From NCBI GenBank assembly GCA_024137785.1, contig JAHRHZ010000062.1, positions 22,502,015 to 22,566,014 of the forward strand: a DNA stretch of 64,000 bases. The letters are read 5' to 3'. This document shows positions 24,501 through 37,880 of the stretch, piece after piece (the stretch's first letter is position 1; each line of letters begins with the position of its first letter). Source of the stretch: Ginglymostoma cirratum. Its lineage: Eukaryota. The notes under the pieces were generated by a model. It saw only the letters and a program-made list of their open reading frames with translations, was not told the DNA's origin and did not search any database. A program made the translations under genes and the position numbers.

Positions 24501-27500
24501 ATAATTATGTAAGCAACATTTAATTCTTATCACCATTTATTTAATTGATGCTTCCACTCTGATTCAGTAAATGCATTCATTTAGTATCAAACTAAGAAGT
24601 CATGCCATAATATCTCATAATTTACTTAGAAATTAATTTAAAAGGTCAAACAGGATGCAAAGATAATGCCAAAAAAACTTTTTACATTAATTTAGTCTTC
24701 TTCCTTAGTTAAAGAAATGGTTTACATTTGTCAAAATTAAAGGTTCTGTAATGGAAATAGGTCCTATTTCACACAGCCTACAATTAAAAGAACGTTTCAG
24801 CATTCATATAATTAAGTATATGGGTTAGCAACTAACCCACCAACAAAATAATATATCAACCTATTGTCAAAGTAGCAAAGGTAGCATGATTTTATGCTTA
24901 AATTTAAAAAAAATCAAATTGGTGCTACCTATCACAGTGGATTGGAACTCTCTTTTGTTGGAAAAGTCAACATCTGTATGTAAAGTGGACATGAGCCCAC
25001 TTGTTGTGGAAAACCAGCTGTTGCTTTGCAGATGATGAGAAGACTGCAGCACATCACACATACACATACTCTCTCTCTGACGCCTGTTGTCGGGGATCAT
25101 CTTGGACAGAGGGCAGGGAGATTCAGAGAAAAGCAATGTAGGTGACTTTGAAGACAGGTCACTGCACTCCAAATGTAACACTGTTTTCCCTTCACAGATG
25201 CTGCTAGACCTGCTGTTCTGCTCCATCAATTTGTTTGAAATGGGCAGGGAAAGGGATGCGGGTAAGAATGAAAGGTGTGAGTTTGAACCAGTCAGAGAAA
25301 ACTCAATATGAGGTGGCTGCTGTGGGGAATGAAGGAAAACCTATGACAATACGAAACGTAGCAGCTCAGACACAAGAGCGAATTGATAAAAACTGGATTG
25401 CCAATATCTTAAAGCTAATCACAGGAAAATTATTGGACAATATCTGACATCACAGACCAGGGAAGAGGACCTAAAGGATCGGCCAAAGAGGTGGTTTATG
25501 TTGTGTCTTGAAGGAGTCCAGATATAGGGCTCAGGCAGCTGAAGGCTTGGCCACCAACAGTGGAGCATTAAAACTACAAATGCCAAATACATCAGCAGTG
25601 AAGGAGTGCAGGGATATCAGAAAGTTGTAACCTGCAGCTAAGTTTATAACCAACTGGTACCCATTCCTCTCCGTATCATTGTCCTGAATGCAGTGTTGTT
25701 TTCCAGCTTTTCCTGGTTGTCATGTGAAGCTCAAGCCCAATCATTTCAAGCAAGTGTTTTTAAAATAACCCATGACTGGAAAATTTGTTAGCATCTTCCA
25801 GCATGCAGAGGTCCCTAAACAGAGATTTAAAAGCTTTCTACTAACTTTAGGTTTGTTTAAGTGCAATTCAGAGAATGTTTCCACTGTGAGGGAGTTGCAA
25901 ACTAGGGACTATAAATTTCAGATAGTCACTGACAAATCCAACTGGGAATCCAAGAGAAACATCTTTACCTACTGTATGGTGAGAATATGGAACTCACCAC
26001 CACAGGAAGTGGTTCAAGCAAAAAAAAAACAGATATATTTACAGGGAAGCTAGGTAAATACAGGAATAAAGGGGTAGGTGAGCAATGTTAGATGAAGAGG
26101 TGTGGAAACAATAGTTCTGTGAACCCGCTCTGCCATTCCTCTAGACCACAGGTCATGTGTATTTTAACTATTCGACTTCTTCTTCCCGAATTCCCCAATA
26201 TGCTTACCAAACAAAATTCCAATCAATCTCAGTGCTGAAAGTTGTAATTAACACCCCAGCAGCCACAGCACTTTTGGGAGAAGTTGTTCCACATTTCCAG
26301 TATCCTTTTCGTGAAGAAACATTTCCTACATGATCTGTAAACAGTTTGGTTCTAAATTTAAATTTCTAATTTCATTGATCTGGGTTCTCCCACAACAGGG
26401 TACACATTCTCTACATCTATATTATCAAACAATATTTTAACCTCAATCAAATCAACCCTTAGTACTCAATACAATGCTACTTTATATAACCAGTCCTCCA
26501 TACAAACCCCTCAAGTCCCAGTTTCTTGACGCAGTGCAACTACACTGGGATCATGAAGGGACGGGTCAGCTTACGAATACAGTCGCACCACAGCAGCAGA
26601 ATACTAGACTGTGTGCTCTATGGCCTAACCTTTCTGGCACAGTGAAATAATCTGAGATCCCATTAACTGTAAGCTATGTCATAGGAACATGTCAAATCTT
26701 ATCTAGAGTCAAAGGCCCTTCCAGACCACGTCAAACATAATTCCAAAATAAATTAGCCCCACCTGCTTGCTCCTGGCCCATATCCCCCGCCAAACCTTTT
26801 CTATTCAGGCACTTATTCAAATGTCTTTTAAACGTTGTATTTGTACCTCCATCCACCACTTAGAACACAGAGGTATAAGAACAACATGGGAAAATGGCAT
26901 TGAGGCAGATGGTCAGTCTGCTTATGAGGGTGAATGGCCTGGCTCCTACCTTTCCAAGAATAAACAAAACAGATACATGATTACTGCTACAGGACAGGAA
27001 GAATATGTTTCTCATTGCAATGTCTACCTGGATTATTGCAGTGTCATCTGGCCATGAGCCTACATTTAACAACAGAACAGTTTTAAACCATTAATTTAAG
27101 TACAGCATTTTCTTTTATAAAAGTGCATTTTCCCTCCACCAGATGTGAGTATCAGTAGAAAGGTCAGTACTTATTACCGAGACCCACTGTCCTCGAGAAG
27201 GTAACGGTCATCCACCTTCCTGAACCACTGCGGTCAAGTGTTACTCAGGAGTGAGTTCGGCAATTTTGACCCAGCAAGAGAGAAGAAATTTGGTCTGGAC
27301 GCAGTTTTTGCCTCTTTACTCATCCCATTACTTTTCCATTATTTTTAAGTTTCTGCCAAACCCTGTGTACTACTGAAAACCGTTAAATCGTTCCAGTTCT
27401 TCCAATTCTGATGAAAGTTCATGGATCTGAAAAATAACCAGTTTCTCCTTCTGCAGGTCCTACCTGAACTGCTGTGCATTTTCTAGTATCTCAGTTTCAT

Positions 27501-27849
27501 TTAAAATGCATTTATTGTATTAATTTTGGGTGTTACACTTTATCTGGAAATGAGCAACCATCCACACATCCAAATACCATTTATTTCACCCCTGTAACAT
27601 GACAGCATTGTCTCCCTGTCACACGTCACCTACAACTTTGCCACCTTTTGACTTTGAAATCAGACTCAAATTCGGATGGCCATGAAATTCTGACTATGAA
27701 GTTGTCAACCATTGCTACAGGCAGCACTGCAAATCCAAGAGAATAAAGCCTATGGTGAACAGAAATCCAACCCTGGTAACTCCTGATCAGGCAAAGCTGA
27801 CTCAGTTTGTCATATGACTATTTTGACCAATCAGAGCAAGTGGAGTTAG

Positions 27850-29320
27850 GCAACATAAGAACGCAAAAATCACTGAGCGCTGGGCAAGGCATCAATTTGA
27901 CATCAGGCCTTCCCTTGAAAGGGAACTCAAATTCTGAAAGGATAATCAAAGCTGTGAGAGAGTTAAGTGTCAGCAAACAAAGAAGGTGAAGTTGACACAA
28001 GAAGTGGAAAACCATGGCATGGAGTGAAAAGTGGGCAGCGTGAGGGGCCGTGGCTCCACCACTGATTTTGTCCACTATTCTGAAACAGCTTGGAACAGTT
28101 TAACAAGTGGGCATACTCTCCAGCAAATAAAGTGGAGATCAGCTTCATATCCTGCCATTGATGAAGCTCTAACTAGTGTGGTTCAAGGCCAAGAACGTTT
28201 CCATCTCTGATCCAATACTGAAGGAAAGGCTTGTCACCTTGTCAAAACTGTTGGACAACAAGGTGTTCACTTGCAGGAAAGGGTGGCTGGGACGATACAA
28301 GACAAAACACAGTATTATCTTCTGTGCAGTAAGCCGTGACGGTGTGACAGTTACCATAGCAATGATGGATGATTGGCTCCAAAACACTCTCACCCAGATC
28401 CTGAACACAAACGCTCTAAAAGATGTTTTTAACTCAAATGAACCCAGACTGTTTTACTGGCCTTTGACAAATCCCCATTTTATGTTTAAAGGTGAAACGT
28501 GCAACGATGAAAACTGGACCAAGGGGCATGTCATTGTTACATTCTGTGCCAACATGGATGGCCCTGAAAAGTTGCTGCTTCTGTCAAAACACTACCCACT
28601 CAGAATGAAGCTAACGATACTACCTGGGTGACCACCAGCATTTTTAGAAGCTTGGATCAAAATAGTACACAAAACATCCCGATGCTTTTGCATCCTCATA
28701 TTGCTGATCTTAAGTGTCATGCGGAAGTCTTGCCTCCCAACACCAAGGCCAAGCACCAGCCAATGGATCAGTGGGTGATTCGGAACCAGCAACCTAACTA
28801 TTGATCATAGATGATCTCTTGGATTATTGAAGCCATTGATAAGAAGCAGGAGTATAACCCAACTGCTTGAGAGGCCATGTTCAAGCTGGAGATGGCATGG
28901 AAGGATGGGAAGGGAAACCACAGTTGCCAACTGCTTCTGCCACGCTGAGTTCAAGTGGGCTACAACTGCGAAAGAAGTGGAGAATAAAGAGGAAGCCAGC
29001 TTGGAAATTCTGGCAGAAGCAACCATGGAAACTAGGCGAAGGTGTGTGACACTGCATACTGCATAGCGGAACTGACAGATGAGGTTATTGTGGATACAGT
29101 ATGTTCTTCAGCCAAAAGACTGGTGATCCCCAGGAGTCCAGTGATAAACACCTCCTCACCGGTCTGTTTCCTTAACCAAACCTGCAAAGGCCATTGAGGT
29201 GCTCCAGGATTTGGCACTGCAGCGCATAAACACCAAAAACATGTTTCACTACTTGATGACATGGTAGACTGTATTGCACTCATCCAGAGACGACGCACCA
29301 AGCAATAAAAAATTACTTAG
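27850..29320 (+). mobile_element. Decayed pogo/Tigger (CENP-B HTH + DDE_1) transposase
   Basis: ORF 28176..28631 has WF...ISDPILKE...F..RKGWLGRYKTKHSI and DVFNSNEPRLFY (consensus DIFNADETGLFY). LPPNTKAKHQPMDQWVI at ~28730-28780. Stops and frameshifts are present. Confidence 0.85.
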
Positions 29321-32300
29321 CATTCCTGGAGCTAACGCTCAGCATTTTTCAAAGCCATGTACAAAGTGAGACTATTGAAAGTTTAAATCAATTTAACAGT
29401 AAAGACATTTTTCACACATTTAACATTGATTGCTACAGTATGTTTTAATTTGGCATTTTTGACACATCACATTTAGAGGCAAATCAGTTTATATAGTGTC
29501 CTCTTCAGCTATCCCAAAGCTCCACTTTACTGTGAGCACATCTCCTGACATTCAAATCATTAGGACATTACTGTAACCAAATGGTCATACCTCATTGGTT
29601 ACCTATCTTCTATCCTCTGAGAATCTGAACTCAGACACAGACTTTGCTGTCCTTACCAGTTTATCCATTACTCCCATGTTTGCTTACCTCAGTGGACACC
29701 TGGTCTAACACACTCACACACTTACAATTCTCATCTTAGGTCTCAAATCTCTCCGTGGTCTTGACTCCCCCATTTTTGCAAAGTCTCCTGCTTTGAGATA
29801 TCAGAGCTCCTCCAATTCTGGTCTCTTGCATCTCCACAAATTTAAGATCATGACACCATGCCTTTGAGACCCTAAATCTACTCTTAAACCACCCCTCCAA
29901 CTCTCTATCTCATTCTTCTCCTTTAAGGTACTCCTTAAAACTTATCACCTTGAACAAATCTTTAGTCACCAAACCCAATATCTACCTTGTATAGTTCAGT
30001 GTCAAACATCTGATACTTACTTCTGTGAGGTGCCATGACACATTTTACCCTGTAAAACGTGCTATTAGAAATACAAACTGTTGTTGTAACAATCAGACTA
30101 GACTGTACAACTGTTGCATTAATTCAATTTTCTTGCCTTGGAAGTTACTTTCGACTTTTAACTGTTGTGGATGTTGCACTGACAAGGTCACAAGGAAATG
30201 TGCTCAGTTTTCAGGTAACTAAATGATCTCACTCTGTCATTAGGCATCAGGACAGCACTGCTTAGAAATGGCCACATATCGCAGTGTATGTCACTGTACA
30301 CATTTCTCATTCACCACAGCTTACAGCTAGACATATTCCTACTTCTTTTCGCTTTGATGGTGTTACTGCACTAAAACTATAATGTATTCAAAAATCAAAC
30401 AAGTAGAACTCATTTGTTCAATGTCCTGATACATGATATTTTTGAATTAGAAAATTCAGACGGAAAGAAAATGTTTCCAAAATACCGTTTATGTCCTCAG
30501 ATGTCTGAAAGTATTACATCCAATCAGATACTTTTGAAAGTGTAGCCACTGTTGCCGTAGGAAGTGCAACGGCAAATTTGCATTCAACAAGTTCACAGAA
30601 AGAGCATAATAGAGAAGTTCAAAGATCTGTTTGAGTGGCCTTTGTTGAGGGCTAAATATTAGTCAGGGCATCAGGGAAAACTCAATGTAGGAGCAAATTA
30701 CTGCAGATGCTGGAATCTGTACAGAAAACAAAAAATGCTGGACATCACAGTGGATCAGGCAGTATCCATCTGAATGGCTCTTCATCAGAACTAGGGTTAC
30801 TTCAACTTCTTCATCCAGCTCTACCAGTGTAGCCCCATTGCAGGTTTAATCTGAAGATTGTAGGTTCAAGGCCTTAAACGTAATTTGAACAGCGAACCTA
30901 GGCTGATATTTTAGTGTTGAGCTATTGGAAGTGGTGTCCCTCAGATTTGATAGCGCTGACCAAACAGCCAACGCAAAGACAATGGGCTGAATTGCTTCTG
31001 TGTTACATCATTCCAAAAATCACAAATGATGAAATGCAGAACTACTGAATTGGTAATCAAATTTTACATTACATGCAATTTGTTTTTTTGAAAACTTTTT
31101 AAGAAGCTTTGTTTTTATTAGTTCCTCCACCAACATTTTGTACTCAAACCTGGGTTGTTTTTATATAATGGAGTGTCTCACTCAGTCACTTATGAAAGCA
31201 GTTACCCTTTTGGTATAGGACAGCAGTCACAGATGGGCCTCGTCCAGGCAAGGACAACGGGTTTCCTTTCCTAAAGGAACATCAATGAACCAGTTGAGAT
31301 TTTATAACAATCTGACACCCTAATAGTGAATTTTACGCTATCTTCATCAGAGGACACACCACAACTGGAAATGTTTATCTGTGTACCCAATCAACTTCTT
31401 TCAAAATCCTAAAAAAAAATTTATTCTATCCCTTTGTAAAATTATATTTAACAAAGAATAGAAGCCTTGTTAATGTAATTTTTCTTCATACCTTTGGTAG
31501 TATTCTCAAGTGTATGCAATGTATTCCTTAAAACGAATATAAACTTTCTAACATGTGGTGGCTGCATCTGCTCACAGTATTCCATTTGTGGTCCAGACAG
31601 GGCTTTATATAGCTACGGAAAAACGTCCACCCCTATTTATCTCAGGTGAAGTTATGCCCACAACCCTGTTGAGGTACTTTGATGGTGCAGATCTACCCCA
31701 ATTAGTCTTGTCTTCACCAGATATTGTCTGCCAAGTGAATCAGGAAACTTTTTGTTGCCACAATGAAATTGCAGATTTTCCTTCTGAAAAAGTCTAACAG
31801 AAATTAAAACAGGATAATTTTAATTACATACTTTTAATTGAAAGATTGCTGCTGGCAGACCACATTATTACTGACTTCACTGCCAATGTCAATTAAAGAA
31901 CTCTGCTCCTTCAAGGACAGTAACTTTAGAAAAGTTGAAGTTCTGTTTCAACAGACACAGTGAATCAGATGTGATAAGGTGGACTATTTATCATTGAATT
32001 TGTGACTGTCATGGAATTCTGCTGTGTAAATATTATTTAGTGATTGGATGACAAGTCGTGAACAACGATGGCAAGTTAAAGTTTTATGTCAAGGGTCATT
32101 ATGGACAAGATATAAGTGTCTTTTCAAAGAGACACAAGCAAATCTTAATGAGTTAACTGATCCAACCAACGTCAAAAACATGATGCATTTGTGTCTGCCA
32201 TTTGTCAAGCTGATCATTTTATGGAGACTGGATAGTGTTAAAACATATGACCGCAGGGATCCTATGTATGGCAAGTGTATAAAGCAGCTTGCCTCATGGA

Positions 32301-33289
32301 AGAAAATTTAACTAGGTGGGGGATGTCAACTGATGGACAAGAAGTTGAGATGGAGCGAGCTGATCACCTGTTCTGTTCTATCTACAGACAAATCCATGTA
32401 AAAGGGTTCACTTGTGATTTTAAGCATTGTATGGGTAAGATTTTTGTATTTTTTGTAGTGCACTTTGGCTATATTCTGTTGTTAAAACTACCTTGGGTTA
32501 TTGATATCCACAGTAAACTCAAAAGACTAGGGAAAGTGAGAATAAAATCCAAAACTTTATATGCTATTTAGAAATCTGGCATAGATACATCACTCTCAAT
32601 TCAGGTCATAGATCAAGTGTATTTAAGCATATATTACAAGCTGATACTTCAATATAAGAGTGCCCCCTTTTAAAAGTGCTATCTTGTGGACGTGATATCA
32701 AGCCAAGGCCCTGGACTGCCCTTTCTCAGATGGATCCCATGATAGAGCCTGGAGAATAGCTCAGAAGTTCTCTGTAGCATCTTGGCAAATACTTATCCCT
32801 CAGTCAATGTCAGTATAACAATTTATTTTGTCACACTGCTGTTTACTGTACTCAAGTCGACTGCTATGTTATCTTTATAATGACAGTAACTACAGGTTTG
32901 ATTCTGTGGTCACTCTGCCTGCACAGAATAGGCTGCTGAGGGGAATGCAGAAGAGATTCACTGGAAACATTAAAAAGGCTGATGGGAGGACTGCAACAGC
33001 ACCAACTACCCCGTGCAATCAGAGACATTGGTCCCCAGGAGTTGCTCATGCAATGCAAGATTCCAGCGTTGTCAGTTTATGTCCTTAAAGGTCAGAAAGC
33101 TCTGACACAGTGCTGACTTTCTGTTGTGCAGCCAGCTCCTTGGAATTGTAGAGATGCAACGCGGCCCATGTGACACTGGGAAAATTTTAATTTTAGTAGA
33201 AGATTGCAGTCAATTAACTGTCTATCCACCTCATTTGACTTCCTACCACTGCAAGCAGGTTACTGTCCTCGTCTATGAATCACAAAGAG

Positions 33290-33950
33290 CTAGTATGCAA
33301 GTTCGGGGGTGATAGGGAAGACAAATGGAATATTTGCCTTTACTTTTGTACTCCATTCTCTTTGAAATAAACAGGTTTTGCCTAAAACTGTACAAGACAC
33401 AAGTTATACCAGAGGTGGAATACTGAGAACTGTAAGGAAAGATATACTGCACTGGAAGCAGTCCAGAGAAGGTTCACTCAGCTGAAACCAGGTATGGAGG
33501 GACTGTCATCGGAGATGTTGGGAAGACTTGACTTGTACCCCTTTGAATATAGGAGGATGTGAAGCAACCTTATGGAAACATTTAAGATTCACAAGAGACT
33601 TGACAAGGTAGACGTGGAAAGATGGCTTCCCTTTGTTGGAGAGTCTAGGACAAGAACGCATAATCTCAGAATAAGAGGTCACACATTTAAGACAGAAATA
33701 AGGAGGAACTTCTTCTCTCAGAAGGATGTGAATCTGTGGAATTCTTTAGTATAGAGCACTGTTAAGGGTCGGTCATTAAGTATATTCGAGGCTGAGATAG
33801 ACAGATTTTTAATCAGTAATTGAATTGAGGGCGATGGGGTAAAGGCAGGAAAGTGAAGTTGAGGATTTTCAGATTAGGCACGATCTCGCTGAATGGCAGA
33901 GCAGACTCGATAGGCTGAATGGCCTTCTTCCGCTCCTACATCTTACAATC
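33290..33950 (+). mobile_element. CR1-clade LINE, 3' fragment
   Basis: ORF 33572..33754 (ETFKIHKRLDKVDVERW...RRNFFSQKDVNLWNSL) followed by a typical 3' tail. Confidence 0.88.
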
Positions 33951-36900
33951 TTCTCGACCTCGCCCCTCACCTAAAGCGTGGGGGACCCTCAGTTTAAACA
34001 AACACCAATCATCTCTCCTGAATGAGAAAGGAGTCCGGTTGACCGGTAGGACTATTGTGTCGTTACTTTCATAACAATCCCGCACAACAGAGGCAAAACT
34101 TAAAGAAAAACAATGTTATTTAATGAAGGATATACTTGCATGAGAGGCAGCTCAAAGAAGGTTCACTAGGCTGATTCCTGGGATCACAGGATTTCTGGGG
34201 GATTTTCATCTCAGAGACAATTGAGACTTTTTATATATTACCAACTTATAAAATATTACCAACCTTGCCTTATTAAATAACTAACCTGCCCTATGGCATC
34301 AATTATGTCCAATTCCATCCCCATTTTATTACACGCTGGTCCCAGAACAACTCGTCATCAGTGAACATCTGTCAAAAACAGACGAGCATCCCTCGTTCCT
34401 GCAACAACCCTGAAAGGTCGCTGCACACCCAGACAATCAGCGTTAATAATCCGGCATCGTCCCTCGCTGTCGATAGAATGGCACAGCAGTCACGAAGCTC
34501 TGCTGCCCATGGGACATAACTGACACTCTCATACAACTCCGTCATCTCATCCTAGCTGCTGTGTAATGACCAGGCTACACGGTTCACCTGTCCTTAGCTA
34601 TATCCCATCTAATCAGTCTCCGAGTCCATGCTTTTCTTTCCCAAATACCCGGTGGGCACCTCTATCTGGTCGTCATCCATTAGGGGAACATCACAGACAG
34701 GCAAGCAGTTGGCCATGTCCAAACATGAGCTTTTATTAGCAGCCAGCAAAAAGGGACACAAATAAAATGAACACAAGCTGCAACACTTCAAACCAAATGC
34801 TGGCATCTTGACCTTGACAGTCCATGATGATCATCTGCACCCAGCTCATATCTACTGATATGAGGTGGCAAACAGGTCCTGTCTGACTCGTAGAGACAAA
34901 TGCAGCTGGGCTTCGTCATGCACAAGGAGAGCTTTCTTCAGCTCAACGCCCTTAACTTTCTCCTCTGATGACTGCTCGCATTCTCTGGCTGCTCAGCATC
35001 TATGTCAACGTCAGGTCGTTGGGTGCTTCAATTATGCAGAGGATAGAAATGCCAGCACAGTGCAGCACTCTGTCTGGAATATATCGGAGGGCCTCCCCAG
35101 CCACCTCCAAGCTATGAAAATGTATCTTCAGCTGGGACAGGCAATAGTGCTGCCCAACCAGCTATACCCATGACCTAGGAGTGAATTACAAAAAGACCTA
35201 TCATCTGCTCCATCATGGACCTGGTTTCAGCATCTGCACCTCCTCGGTGAAGGTACTGTGCTGGCTGAGTGACCATATGTAACATTGAAAAGGGAACGTA
35301 TGCTGTGCTGAGTTCCTTTCCATCTCAGACCCATAAAAGAGCTCTTTTCACTGCATTCATTTGAGTCCACTGTTACAAGTATATCCAATGCAGCCTTGCC
35401 CCCCTCATAACATCCTCGAAAGTTCCACAAGTGTTGGGGCACTTTTCTTTTCATTTGCTTCTTTTTAAGTTAATGTTTCGAACTTCTGCATCACGATGTT
35501 AATGTTAGTTTGGTTAGCACCAATCACACTGCGCAATTCACTTTTGACCAAAATTTGACGCATCAGCACATTTCGATCGTGTATATACGATAAACATTTG
35601 CAAATGGGTTTGTCCCTTCAAAATCCAAGCATCCAGCTGACATTGATCTCGTACTTTTACCCAAAGTGACAATGAGCTTTGTCCTATCTACTTTCCTGTT
35701 GCATTTCGCATCTAGCGAATGCCAAATAATGGCAGGAAACCTGGCTCAGGGTGGGCACAGTCAGCACTGCGCTCTGCCTGGTCACCAGGTAACCCCCAAA
35801 ACAGTCTTCACATCCCCTTTGACCCACACCCCACCCATACCCATCCCTGCCATGGGAAGGCCCATCACATCAACCTTTGCCTCTAACATTACACCCTGGT
35901 CCTCTCCACTCACCTTGTTGTGTTCTCTGCCAATAATCCTTCTTCACAACCTCCAATGCTGTTCTGCATACCCTTGCAGGGACCTCGAGCCAATCCCCTC
36001 TCCAAAGACACCATCCTTGATTCCACTTGTAGAATTGTGCCCACTAACCCCCTCCAAACTGAACACCCCATTCCCCCACCCAAGGGGGAAATCACCCTGC
36101 TGCCCTACATGTCGTCCTTGCACCATCCTCAACAATCAATGGACTACTCCAAGGGCTGTATTTGTCCCAGATCTCTGATCAACTTCGACAAGCAGCACCG
36201 AAGCATCACAGATCCAACACCAGCACGCTATAGTAGCACCTGTCCATCTGACATTACACAATCCCCTTGACTGCTGCTGCTGGCCCAACAGGACAGGCAA
36301 TTATCCACTCCCGGACACATCTCCTGACAGAGACCGTCCCAAGCTGACAACTGACTATGACCCAGGTAGCAGTGGCCTCTCTTGACTGGACTGAGGACCA
36401 GTCCCCATCTAGTTTCTGATAATAGTAATATGGTTGAAAACGCATGCAATGTAGTTGCCACTTATGCAACTGGCACATGCTGTAGGTATTAAAAAGACCC
36501 CTAGTGTGCCATACAAGACACTTCCTCCCACACCCCTGCAGCCAGTAGCAAGCAGAAATCACATTCCGAGTTCCACATGAAGATTTCTCAACATCTAGCA
36601 GGTAGCTGAATACTGATGAGTGAGTTGCTACATTTAACAACCTACATTGCCAAGGGGGAATTTATCATTGCTTAGCAAGAAAGTTGCTTCGCCACTTGAC
36701 AAAAGCATAAATAGATGTAGCAAGTTGCTCCCAATGTTAAGAATCTTGTCAAATTTTGCCACAAATCTCACTCAGACCCCTACAGGATTCTGCCCAACAT
36801 TTCAGCTTCTGAAAATTAGACCTAAAACTTTAAATGCTTCTCTCCACAGGTGCTGTTGCCTGACCTGCTGAGTTTTCCCAGCCTTTTCAACCTAATCTTA

Positions 36901-37379
36901 CATTTACAACATCCACGGTACTTTGCCCTCATCGTTTCAGCAGCATTTTGTTGAGGGACAAATATTGGCCCTCCCTGAAGTTCAATGACGAAAATGAAAT
37001 GATGACATTCATGAAATGAATTTTCACTTCGAATATAGTTTTGACAGCTTCTGCAGTCAAGCTCACATCTGCAATACATTTACAGCCTTACAGGGTCAGC
37101 ACGCTACCACCTTCAAGGTGTCATCTCAGATTCACTTTTTAATTGGCCATAAAGTTCTCCTGTTACATCTGTGTTTGGTAATTGGTTCAAACAGTACTTA
37201 ATTAGCTGCTAGTTGTTCAAACACTTGAGCAATTTGGTATTTAAATTAAGACATCCTGATAGTAGATAGGCTTTTGTACCTCCCACAGGACTCAAATGAC
37301 TTTTATGGTTACATTTGGCACGCTATATATGACAGAGATAAACTACTCTGTGTCCTCCGCTTTCAAAGACTTGCAACTG

Positions 37380-37880
37380 TCATCCAGCTGGGTGGCATGG
37401 CCCTTACCCAGGTTTCTATTCTTATCAAACTGCAGCTAGAGAATCACATGAAATGCCTTCTTTCCTGTTCCTGCACTATTAACTCTGGTATCCCCAAGGC
37501 TCCTGCTATTTCTCATCTACGTGCTGCCGCTCAACAAAATCACAGCATTAGTTTTCATACAAATTCTAATGATTTACAATTCTGTCCCACCCTCACCTGT
37601 CTCGATCCCCTAATTCACCTGTAAACATTTAGGCTGCTTACCTGACATCTAGTACCGGATAAGCAGAAACCTCCTCCAAATCAGTATTGGGCAGAGCAAA
37701 GCCATTGCCTTTGGCTCCCACTATAGTCTATGCCCTAGCCATCGATTCCGTCCCTTTCCATGGCAACTGTCTACAGGCTAAGCCCAGATGTTTGCATGAC
37801 TTGGTGTCATATTTGACCCCTGGGGGAGCTACACTCGTGGCATCAGAAAGACCACCCATTTCACCTTCAACCTCTTCACA
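37380..37880 (+). mobile_element. Decayed L2-like reverse transcriptase fragment
   Basis: Remnants of SGIP-type and downstream RT motifs in ORF 37274..37624; heavily degraded. Confidence 0.5.

Noticed and set aside
34300-36640. GC-richer block with ORFs up to 170 aa, possibly a decayed transposon or nested gene
   Set aside because: I could not identify any protein motif, splice pattern or terminus, so it is left unannotated.
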